From Bacteroidota bacterium (GTDB lineage: Bacteria; Bacteroidota; Ignavibacteria; UBA10030; UBA8401), in the NCBI GenBank assembly GCA_041665225.1, contig JBAYJG010000001.1, positions 2,032-66,031 of the forward strand: a DNA stretch of 64,000 nucleotides. The letters run 5' to 3'. This document shows, piece by piece, positions 10,534 through 19,386 of the stretch. The notes under the pieces are model-generated. The model worked only from the letters and a program-made list of their open reading frames with translations, was not told the DNA's origin and searched no databases. Positions within the stretch are counted from its first letter, which is position 1. Each line of letters begins with the position of its first letter. The position numbers and the translations under genes were made by a program.

Positions 10534-12906
10534 ATGAACTACGGCTATTTTTCTGATGATGGAAAAGAATTTATCATTGATAATGTAAAAACGCCAACGC
10601 CCTGGATTAATTACATTTATAACGATCATTACTTTGCCACGATATCAAACAATGCGGGAGGTATCAGTTATTACAAAAATCCGCTGCATGGCAGAATTAC
10701 TCGATATCGTATTAATGATGTTCCGCCGGACCGACCGGGTAAATATATCTACGTGAAGGACAAGGATTCTTCAGAGCTATGGAGTTTATCCTGGCAGCCC
10801 GTAGGGAAAAAGCCTGAAGCGTATAAAGTCGCTCATGGTTTTGGTTATACCCGCATCGAATCTGAATTGGAGGGAATAAAGTCATCGGTAATTTATTTTG
10901 TCCCTCAAAATGATTCCCGGGAAATATGGAAAACACGAATTACCAATACCTCAGCGAAGAAACGCCGCCTTTCGCTCTTCGGTTATGTTGAATTTGCCCT
11001 TGGACATGGACTGGTCGATCTCATTAACCAATGCGACGATCAACATTTTAATCGCGTTCATTTTGATAAAAAAGCAAATGCTCTTTTTGCCACGAAAACA
11101 TATTGGGTAACCCAATCCAACGGAACACAACAGCAGGAAAACAAGGAGTGGGATCAATGGGCATTCTTTACTGTCAATCAGCCGGTCGTGAAATACGAAA
11201 CCATGCGCGAACGATTTATTGGATTGTACAGGAATGAAAACAATCCTGAAGCTATCGAAACTGGAAATTTATCCTGTAAGGATACCGATTTCGGAAACAC
11301 GGTCGGCGCATTGCAGATTGATATTGAACTTGAACCAGGCGAAACAAAAGATGTCATATTCTCCCTGGGCGTAATTCCGAAAACAGAATACCAGGGGAAA
11401 AAAGGATCGGTACCTGGAATGTTCGATGACATAAAAGTCGTGGAGAATGCGTTATCGGAAGTCAAAACGCAATGGGACAATTTCCTTTCATTTACGACCT
11501 CTTCCACTCCCGATAAAGAAGCAGATATTTTCATGAATAACTGGATGCAGTATCAAGCCAAAGTGGCTTTTGATGTCAGGAGGGTTGCCAGTTATTATTA
11601 TTGGGGAATCAGCAGAGGATTTGGCTTCCGCGATACGTCGCAGGATGTTATTGCCGTAACAATAGCCCAGCCTCGAAAAGCGCGCGAACGGATTTTATTT
11701 TTGGCTCGTCAGATGTTTACCGACGGAAGAGCGTATCATCATTTTTATAATGACGGTAACGGCGAATTGACAAAACATTGCGACGATCCGCTGTGGTTTA
11801 TCCTTGCCGTGACTGAATATATTAAAGAAACCGGCGATTTTTCAATCCTCGACGAAGCAGCTCCATTTGTCGACAAAAAAGAAGGATCCATCCTTGATCA
11901 TTTGTTTGCCGTGGTGAAATTTGTAAAGAATAATCTTGCAAAACACAACCTTCCAATTTTCGGCAGAGGTGATTGGAATGATACTCTCGATTACATCGGC
12001 GGTGAAGACGGTGGCGAAAGTGTTTGGGGTGCAATGTTTTATGTTGCCATGCTTAATTTGCTGATTGAACTTCTGGAGAACCGCAACATTGCACACCAAG
12101 AAATTATTGATCTACGAACTACGATCAGCAGAAGCATTGACGAACATTGCTGGGATGGTGAATGGTATATCCGGGCACTTGGAGCGAAAGATAGAAGAAT
12201 CGGTTCGAAAGAAAACACCTACGGGAAAATTTTTATTAACACACAAAGCTGGCCTGTTCTTGCAAATCTGCCCGACAAAAACAGATTGATATCATCTCTT
12301 AATAGTGTAAAAAAGCATCTCGATTCCGAATTTGGGCCAAAGATTTGTGCGCCGGCATATCGTGAAATTGACCTCAATATCGGACTCATTACGCGTTGTG
12401 TTGCCGGGAAGAAGGAAAATGCTGCCGTGTTTAACCACCCGACTACGTGGCTCATCCAGGCGGAATGCATGATGGGCAGGGGAGATGAAGCGTTTGCATA
12501 CTTCAAAAAACTTCTGCCAAACAGGGTGGATTCGGATATTTATTGTGCGGAACCGTATGTCTATTCCCAATATATCACCAGTGATGAACATCCTACCGCC
12601 GGCAAAGCAAGCCATTCATGGCAGACCGGAACCGCAGCATGGATGTATAGAATTGCATACGATTATATCTTAGGTGTCCGTTCAACGTACGATGGACTGT
12701 TGATAGATCCTTCAATTCCCAGTGCATGGAAATCGTTTAAAGTTCAAAGAGTATTCCGGGGATCCAAATACATTATTGAGGTGGAAAATCCGAAAGGAGT
12801 TGCTCACGGAATAGAGTATATTCTGGTAAACGATAAAAAAATTACAGGAAATATTCTGCCGATCTGCGATCAGCATACGTGCAATGTAAAAGTTGTCATG
12901 GGTTAA
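10534..12906 (+). CDS. GH94-family glycoside phosphorylase (cellobiose/chitobiose-phosphorylase-like), 790 aa
   Basis: N-terminus MNYGYFSDDGKEFIIDNVKTPTPWINY closely resembles the start of cellobiose phosphorylases (MKFGFFDD..EY.I..P.TP.PWINYLG). Size about 800 aa. GDWND motif present. No signal peptide, so cytoplasmic. Confidence 0.65.
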   Translation: MNYGYFSDDGKEFIIDNVKTPTPWINYIYNDHYFATISNNAGGISYYKNPLHGRITRYRINDVPPDRPGKYIYVKDKDSSELWSLSWQPVGKKPEAYKVAHGFGYTRIESELEGIKSSVIYFVPQNDSREIWKTRITNTSAKKRRLSLFGYVEFALGHGLVDLINQCDDQHFNRVHFDKKANALFATKTYWVTQSNGTQQQENKEWDQWAFFTVNQPVVKYETMRERFIGLYRNENNPEAIETGNLSCKDTDFGNTVGALQIDIELEPGETKDVIFSLGVIPKTEYQGKKGSVPGMFDDIKVVENALSEVKTQWDNFLSFTTSSTPDKEADIFMNNWMQYQAKVAFDVRRVASYYYWGISRGFGFRDTSQDVIAVTIAQPRKARERILFLARQMFTDGRAYHHFYNDGNGELTKHCDDPLWFILAVTEYIKETGDFSILDEAAPFVDKKEGSILDHLFAVVKFVKNNLAKHNLPIFGRGDWNDTLDYIGGEDGGESVWGAMFYVAMLNLLIELLENRNIAHQEIIDLRTTISRSIDEHCWDGEWYIRALGAKDRRIGSKENTYGKIFINTQSWPVLANLPDKNRLISSLNSVKKHLDSEFGPKICAPAYREIDLNIGLITRCVAGKKENAAVFNHPTTWLIQAECMMGRGDEAFAYFKKLLPNRVDSDIYCAEPYVYSQYITSDEHPTAGKASHSWQTGTAAWMYRIAYDYILGVRSTYDGLLIDPSIPSAWKSFKVQRVFRGSKYIIEVENPKGVAHGIEYILVNDKKITGNILPICDQHTCNVKVVMG

Positions 12907-13021
12907 TGTGTAGATTGTGTCCGTGAATAAAATATTAATACAATTACTCAGTTATACAATGAGTTTGTTAAATATTTTGGGGACTGTAGAGAATACTATA
13001 AAGGACATCTCTCAAGACGTC

Positions 13022-13066
13022 AACCTTGCAAAGGTTCTGAACCTTCGCAAGGCTGCATACAAGGTT
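13022..13066. promoter_or_regulatory. tandem inverted-repeat motifs AACCTT-N3-AAGGTT upstream of the GH130 gene (candidate operator)
   Basis: aaccttgcaaaggtt, then gaaccttcgcaagg, then a third aaggtt half-site. All lie within 45 bp of the GH94-GH130 intergenic region, 120 bp upstream of the GH130 start. Confidence 0.3.
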
Positions 13067-13184
13067 GCATAATTTTTTAGAACGATCAAATAGATTTTAG
13101 AGATGCCTAAACTCAAAAAGTAACTCATCGTATATCAGCGCGGTGATTAGGTGCAAATTCATTTAAAAATGAAATAAGCAATGT

Positions 13185-14147
13185 ATGCTAAAACGAAACT
13201 CCAAAAATCCTGTTGTTACCAGAGCAGATATTTCGAATATCGCTCCGCATCTTGTTGACGTGTCGTCCGTGTTTAATCCGGGCGCAATAAAATACCATAA
13301 CAAATATATTCTGCTCCTTCGTGTGCAAAACAGGGGGAGAGAAACGTTTATTGTGAAAGCGGAAAGTGATAATGGTGTCGATTTTAGTGTGGACAATTCG
13401 ATCGTGGATTTCAAGGGAATTGAAAAGGTCAAAGAAAAGATCTATCATATTTACGACGCCCGGATTACGAAGATAGGAAATGAATATTATATCATGTTCG
13501 CCATGGACATGGATGCCGGCTGTCAGCTTGGGTTGGGGAAAACAATTGATTTTGAAAATTATGAGTTTCTCGGAATTGTTTCCGACGGCGATATCCGAAA
13601 CGGTGTTTTGTTCCCCGAAAAAGTAAATGGAAAATATCTGCGTTTCGACCGTCCCAATAAAGTTCAACTTGCCAGTGGACCGTCTTCGGGCAATACAATC
13701 TATCTCTCGGAATCGGAAGATTTGCTGAAATGGAAATCTTTTGCGCCGGTCATGAGCGGGCGATTCCATTACTGGGATGAAAATATCGGCTCGGGACCTC
13801 CGCCGGTAAAAACTCGCGAAGGATGGCTTCATGTGTATCATGGTGTTGCCATGCACTTTGCCAGTTCCAATATTTATCAGGCAGGTGTTTCACTTCACGA
13901 TCTCAAAGATCCTTCCGTCGTTTTGCACAGAGGAAAGTATAATATTCTTGAGCCTCGTGAGATTTATGAATTAACAGGCCAGGTGCCGAATGTTGTATTC
14001 CCAAGCGGAATGATCGTAGAACAATATGACGCTGAAGGATATGCAACGTTGGAAAGCAAAGTGTTGATCTATTACGGAGCTGCTGATACAGTCGTTGGTT
14101 TAGCCGTTTCGACAATACGGGAATTACTCGACGCTGCAAAACAATAA
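13185..14147 (+). CDS. GH130 beta-mannoside phosphorylase
   Basis: 320 aa with no signal peptide. Motifs (NPGAI, YGAADTVVGLA at the C-terminus, and a beta-propeller-like repeat pattern) characteristic of GH130 mannosyl-glucose / mannosyl-GlcNAc phosphorylases. Confidence 0.7.
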   Translation: MLKRNSKNPVVTRADISNIAPHLVDVSSVFNPGAIKYHNKYILLLRVQNRGRETFIVKAESDNGVDFSVDNSIVDFKGIEKVKEKIYHIYDARITKIGNEYYIMFAMDMDAGCQLGLGKTIDFENYEFLGIVSDGDIRNGVLFPEKVNGKYLRFDRPNKVQLASGPSSGNTIYLSESEDLLKWKSFAPVMSGRFHYWDENIGSGPPPVKTREGWLHVYHGVAMHFASSNIYQAGVSLHDLKDPSVVLHRGKYNILEPREIYELTGQVPNVVFPSGMIVEQYDAEGYATLESKVLIYYGAADTVVGLAVSTIRELLDAAKQ

Positions 14148-14165
14148 CTACCACAGAGTAAAAGC

Positions 14166-15266
14166 ATGATAATCCGAAATGTCGTATCCGCAATATTCTT
14201 TTGCAACGTGTTAATTGCGCAATCCATTCCTCCTCCTACCATTGAATATTCACCCAAAAAATATATCTGTTATCGCGCCAACGAACCGTTGACAGTCGAT
14301 GGGAAATTACAGGAATCATCCTGGGCAAAGACAGAATGGTCCGATGATTTTATCGATATCGAAGGTGCGCAAAAACCTTCCCCGCGATTTCGCACTCGTG
14401 TGAAAATGCTGTGGGATGAGAAATATTTCTATATTGCAGCTGAATTGCAGGAACCGCATATCTGGGGGACGTTGAAGAACCGCGATGATATAATTTTTTA
14501 TGACAATGATTTTGAAATATTCATCGATCCGGACGGCGACACAAAAGATTATTGTGAATTTGAAATGAATGCATTGAATACCGTGTGGGACCTGCTTCTT
14601 GAAATGCCGTACCGGGATATTGAAAAGGCCAATAAACACGCCTGGGATATTAAAGGATTGAACAGTGGAGTTGCAGTCTACGGAAGTTTAAATACATCCG
14701 GTGATAACGACAGTTGTTGGACTGTAGAAGTCGCTTTTCCTTGGGATGGATTTAAGGAAATTACCGACGCGGCAACTCCTCCGAACGACAAGGATCAATG
14801 GAGGATAAATTTCTCCCGTGTCGAATGGAAAACAGAAGTTGTGAAAGGACAATATCAAAAACAGATCAATCCCGTCACCAACAAACCGTATCCGGAGGAT
14901 AATTGGGTTTGGTCACCGCAAGGTGTTGTGAATATGCACTATCCGGAAATGTGGGGGTATGTTCAATTTTCAAAGGAGCTTGCCGGTTCACCAACAGTAT
15001 CTTTTCTTGCACAAAATGTGGAAAATGTCAAATGGTCATTACGGCAGATCTATTATGGGCAAAGGCGATATTTTGAGAAATTTAAAACTTTTACCAACGA
15101 TCTTAAAAAATTGGGTGTTTCAATCAAGCCGGTCCCTGGATACCGTGAACAACCGGTCATAGAAAAGACGACGAATCTCTTTGAAGCATATTTCCTCACT
15201 TCAGACAGCACGCAAAAAATCCATATTCGGCAGGACGGATTTCTCTGGATATCGTCCGTAAAATAA
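14166..15266 (+). CDS. secreted CBM9-like / DOMON-like carbohydrate-binding domain protein
   Basis: Signal peptide. WSDDFIDIEG...FRTRVKMLWDEKYFYIAAEL pattern typical of carbohydrate-binding family 9-like domains. Confidence 0.45.
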   Translation: MIIRNVVSAIFFCNVLIAQSIPPPTIEYSPKKYICYRANEPLTVDGKLQESSWAKTEWSDDFIDIEGAQKPSPRFRTRVKMLWDEKYFYIAAELQEPHIWGTLKNRDDIIFYDNDFEIFIDPDGDTKDYCEFEMNALNTVWDLLLEMPYRDIEKANKHAWDIKGLNSGVAVYGSLNTSGDNDSCWTVEVAFPWDGFKEITDAATPPNDKDQWRINFSRVEWKTEVVKGQYQKQINPVTNKPYPEDNWVWSPQGVVNMHYPEMWGYVQFSKELAGSPTVSFLAQNVENVKWSLRQIYYGQRRYFEKFKTFTNDLKKLGVSIKPVPGYREQPVIEKTTNLFEAYFLTSDSTQKIHIRQDGFLWISSVK

Positions 15267-15349
15267 TAACGATGGACTGCCTGCAGGATAATTATTTCCA
15301 CTTCTCCGGGTTGAATTCTTCATTACCGCAGCGTTAAATTGAAAATCGT

Positions 15350-16681
15350 ATGCCAAATCGGCCTGAGCCTCAGTACAGAAAATTTGAAAGCACAGCGGTA
15401 GAAGAGACAATTACAGTAGTTTCTCAATCCATTCACGACAGAGAAATCGCAGCGCTTTTTGAAAATTGTTTCCCCAACACGCTCGATACGACCGTCCGTT
15501 TCAATCATGTCAATGGCAAACCGGATACGTTTGTTATTACCGGTGACATTTCTGCAATGTGGCTGCGGGATTCCACTGCTCAGGTATGGCCGTATTTGTC
15601 GTTTGCCAATAACGACGAACAATTGAAAATGATGCTGCAGGGGGTTATTCGCCGGCAGATGAAATGTATTCTCATCGATCCGTATGCGAATGCGTTCAAC
15701 GATGGACCGGCCGGCAGCGAATGGGAAAAAGATCATACGGAAATGAAACCGGAGCTTCATGAACGCAAATGGGAAATTGATTCTCTCTGCTATCCGATTA
15801 GGCTTTCGTACGGTTTCTGGAAATCTACCGGAGACGCATCGTGTTTTGATTCGGACTGGCAAAAAGCGACAAAACGTATTGTACAAACATTTCAAGAGCA
15901 GCAGCGCAAGACCGATAAAGGTCCCTATACATTCGGTCGAAGTACTTCGTGGAGCACCGATACAGTTCCCGGAAACGGGTATGGAAATCCGATACATCCC
16001 GTTGGACTTATTGCATCGATTTTTCGTCCCTCGGACGACGCCACAATCTTTCCATTTCTTGTTCCCGCAAATTTCTTTGCCGTGGTTTCCTTGCGTCAGC
16101 TGTCTGAACTCTATCAAAATGTTATAAAGAATTATGAATTTGCATCGGTGTGTTCTTCATTAGCGCGAGAAGTGGAAAGCGCATTGCATGAATATGCAGT
16201 GGCAGAACATCTTCACTATGGGAAAATATTTGCGTATGAAGTTGATGGTTTCGGGAATACACTGTATATGGATGACGCCAATATTCCAAGCTTGTTATCA
16301 CTTCCATATCTCGGATGTATTTCCAATGATAATCCGCTCTATCAAAATACGAGGAAATTTATCTTCAGCAGGAACAATCCGTACTTTTTTAAAGGAACAG
16401 CGGCGGAAGGTATCGGCAGTCCGCATACGCTGATTGATAAGATTTGGCCGATCAGTATTACGATGAGAGCGCTGACGGCGGATACTGATGCTGAAATTAT
16501 CCAGTGTTTGAAATATTTAAAAACCACACATGCCGGCACCGGTTTTATGCACGAATCATTCGCCAAAGACAATGCATACGAATTTACCCGTCTCTGGTTC
16601 GCATGGGCTAATTCATTATTTGGTGAATTGATTCTATCGTTATACAAGGAAAAACCCGGTCTATTGAAAAACACATTCTGA
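15350..16681 (+). CDS. GH125 exo-alpha-1,6-mannosidase-like protein (DUF1237)
   Basis: 443 aa with no signal peptide. MWLRDSTAQ motif and (alpha/alpha)6-type composition as in GH125 metal-independent alpha-mannosidases. Confidence 0.6.
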   Translation: MPNRPEPQYRKFESTAVEETITVVSQSIHDREIAALFENCFPNTLDTTVRFNHVNGKPDTFVITGDISAMWLRDSTAQVWPYLSFANNDEQLKMMLQGVIRRQMKCILIDPYANAFNDGPAGSEWEKDHTEMKPELHERKWEIDSLCYPIRLSYGFWKSTGDASCFDSDWQKATKRIVQTFQEQQRKTDKGPYTFGRSTSWSTDTVPGNGYGNPIHPVGLIASIFRPSDDATIFPFLVPANFFAVVSLRQLSELYQNVIKNYEFASVCSSLAREVESALHEYAVAEHLHYGKIFAYEVDGFGNTLYMDDANIPSLLSLPYLGCISNDNPLYQNTRKFIFSRNNPYFFKGTAAEGIGSPHTLIDKIWPISITMRALTADTDAEIIQCLKYLKTTHAGTGFMHESFAKDNAYEFTRLWFAWANSLFGELILSLYKEKPGLLKNTF

Positions 16682-16725
16682 ACGATTTCACACATTTTTA
16701 TCATAATACGCAGCACAAAAAACAT

Positions 16726-19308
16726 ATGAAATTAAAACCACTGATCCTCCTTTCGATACTGTTTTCCATGACAATGGTATCTCAAGAGAGCCTTCCCTAT
16801 AAGAACACACGGCTTTCGATCGAAGAAAGAGTTCTCGATCTTGTCTCGCGAATGACTCTTGAAGAAAAAATTTCACAATTGGTATATAATTCTGCAGCCG
16901 TTGAGCGACTCCATATTCCCGAATACAACTGGTGGAATGAAGCACTGCACGGAGTGGCGCGTAATGGCATTGCAACTGTTTTTCCTCAAGCAATTGGTTT
17001 GGCGGCAACCTGGGATACAAGTTTACTCTACAAGGTTTCGACGGTAATTTCTGATGAAGCGCGTTCAAAATACAACAGGGCAATGAAAAACAATAAAAGC
17101 GGGATCTATGAAGGAATAACGCTGTGGTCTCCGAATGTCAATATCTTCCGCGATCCGCGATGGGGAAGAGGAATGGAAACGTACGGCGAAGATCCGTACC
17201 TCACCGGAGAATTAGGTGTTCAGTTTATCCGCGGCTTGCAGGGAAATGATCCTGTGTATTTAAAAACTATTGCAACGCCAAAACATATCGCTGTCCACAG
17301 CGGACCGGAACCCGACCGCCATACATTTAATGCGGTGGTAAGCGATTACGATTTGCGCGAAACATATCTTGCGCAGTTTAAGAAGTGCGTTCTTGAGGGA
17401 AAAGCGTATTCCGTCATGTGTGCCTATAATAGAGTGCGAGGCGAAGCATGCTGCGGAAGCACGCTGCTCGAACGAACGATTCTTCGCGAAGAATGGGGCT
17501 TTACCGGTTTAATTGTCTCGGATTGCTGGGCAGTACCTGATATGTATAACTATCACAGGATCGTAAATTCGATGGAGGAAGCAGCTTCTACCGCCGTAAA
17601 GGCCGGCACCGACCTTGAATGCGGAAATTCTTATCCTACATTGCTGAAAGCTGTGCACGATAGTTTGATTCGGGAAAAGGAGATTGATATTTCGCTGAAC
17701 AGGGTGCTTACGGCACGCTTTAAACTCGGAATGTTCGATCCACCGGAGATGGTCCCGTATTCTCAGTTAAATCTAATTGATACAAAAGAAAATAAACAGA
17801 TCGCTCTTGAAGCGGCAAGAAAATCGATCGTCCTTTTGAAAAATGAAGCGAGCATTCTTCCATTACAAAAGAATGTTAAAACTATTGCCGTGCTCGGACC
17901 GAATGCCAATGATGTTGAGGTTCTTCTGGGAAATTATAATGGGTTTTCTTCCCATCCGGTGACGCCGTTGCAGGGGATTATAGATAAGCTCAAAAATGCG
18001 CGCGTCATCTACGAACGCGGATGCGAACTTGCGGAAAATGTCCCTTCGTTTGAAGTGATTGATGGATCTGTGTTCTATACTGCGCGCGATAAAAAACAAA
18101 AAGGATTGACCGGTGAATATTTCGACAATAGGGAATTTACCGGTAAGCCTGCTTTCACCAGAATTGATAAGAACATTGATGTCGCATGGTGGGATGGTGC
18201 GCCGGATAAATCATTCGATCCGAATAATTTTGGTGTCCGATGGAGCGGTATCATCGTTCCCCAAAAAACCGGTACGTATACCGTGGGGGGATACGGCTTT
18301 AACGGATTCAGAATTTATATTGAGGATACTTTGTTTGTAAAATTCGACGGTGAATTTGATCCGGTAAAAACATACGAGACGTTGAATCTCACAGCGGGAA
18401 AATCCTATTCCATTAAAGTAGAGTTTTATAAAAAACTACGTTACTCGTTCATGCAATTGATTTGGTCGATTCCCGATGAACATCTCGAACAGAAAGCAAT
18501 AGCCGCAGCAAAGAAAGCAGATGTTGTTGTGATGGTTATGGGATTATCTCCACGCCTTGAAGGTGAAGAAATGAGAGTTGAGTTAGAAGGATTTAAAGGC
18601 GGAGACAGGACGTCGCTTGATTTACCGAAGACACAATCGGACTTTATTAAAAAAATATATTCTACAGGAAAACCAATTGTGTTAGTACTGCTCAATGGAA
18701 GCGCGGTTGCCCTAAATTGGGAGAGTGAAAATATTCCGGCAATTATTGAAGCATGGTATCCCGGACAATCTGCCGGAACGGCAATTGCCGATGTGCTCTT
18801 TGGTGATGTCAATCCATCCGGAAGATTGCCGGTAACATTTTATAAATCTATCGATCAGTTGCCTGCATTTAGCGATTACGATATGACGAATAGAACCTAT
18901 CGCTACTTTAAAGGCAAACCATTGTATCCATTCGGCTATGGATTAAGCTATACTTCCTTCAAATACAAGAATTTGATTGCGGATCACAATGAATTATCAC
19001 CGAAGGATTCTGCGGTTGTTTCTGTCGAAATATCCAATGCCGGGAAAGTTGCCGGCGAAGAGGTTATACAATTGTATGTAAAAGCGGAACATGATACCAT
19101 TGCAGTGAAAACGTTAAAAGGATTTCAGCGAGTGGCACTGAATCCCGGTGAAACCAAAACAGTCAGCTTCACCGTAACACCGGAAAAATTATCTCGCTGG
19201 ATTGACAGTAAAGGATTTTCAGTGGAACAGGATCGATACTCAATTATGATCGGTTCTTCATCATCGGATAAAGATTTGCACAAAGTGGAAGTGGTTGTAA
19301 AACAATAG
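16726..19308 (+). CDS. GH3 beta-glycosidase with inserted PA14 domain and C-terminal Fn3-like domain
   Basis: Signal peptide. GH3 N-terminal motifs (WNEALHG, RDPRWGRG.E.YGEDP, KH...H). PA14 segment (GLTGEYFDN.EF.G...WSG....TG.Y). C-terminal Fn3-like domain. Confidence 0.85.
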   Translation: MKLKPLILLSILFSMTMVSQESLPYKNTRLSIEERVLDLVSRMTLEEKISQLVYNSAAVERLHIPEYNWWNEALHGVARNGIATVFPQAIGLAATWDTSLLYKVSTVISDEARSKYNRAMKNNKSGIYEGITLWSPNVNIFRDPRWGRGMETYGEDPYLTGELGVQFIRGLQGNDPVYLKTIATPKHIAVHSGPEPDRHTFNAVVSDYDLRETYLAQFKKCVLEGKAYSVMCAYNRVRGEACCGSTLLERTILREEWGFTGLIVSDCWAVPDMYNYHRIVNSMEEAASTAVKAGTDLECGNSYPTLLKAVHDSLIREKEIDISLNRVLTARFKLGMFDPPEMVPYSQLNLIDTKENKQIALEAARKSIVLLKNEASILPLQKNVKTIAVLGPNANDVEVLLGNYNGFSSHPVTPLQGIIDKLKNARVIYERGCELAENVPSFEVIDGSVFYTARDKKQKGLTGEYFDNREFTGKPAFTRIDKNIDVAWWDGAPDKSFDPNNFGVRWSGIIVPQKTGTYTVGGYGFNGFRIYIEDTLFVKFDGEFDPVKTYETLNLTAGKSYSIKVEFYKKLRYSFMQLIWSIPDEHLEQKAIAAAKKADVVVMVMGLSPRLEGEEMRVELEGFKGGDRTSLDLPKTQSDFIKKIYSTGKPIVLVLLNGSAVALNWESENIPAIIEAWYPGQSAGTAIADVLFGDVNPSGRLPVTFYKSIDQLPAFSDYDMTNRTYRYFKGKPLYPFGYGLSYTSFKYKNLIADHNELSPKDSAVVSVEISNAGKVAGEEVIQLYVKAEHDTIAVKTLKGFQRVALNPGETKTVSFTVTPEKLSRWIDSKGFSVEQDRYSIMIGSSSSDKDLHKVEVVVKQ

Positions 19309-19386
19309 AGAGTCATAGCGATGGAACAAAACAGCAGGAAATATCTCCAACAAGTTGGCTATCACTAAAGTACAGTGCGCAAAGTT

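Noticed and set aside
10534-12906. Alternative assignment of the 790-aa phosphorylase to GH65 or GH15-like families
   Set aside because: The N-terminal 30 aa match the characteristic start of GH94 cellobiose/chitobiose phosphorylases, and the length fits GH94 better. It remains to be confirmed by HMM.
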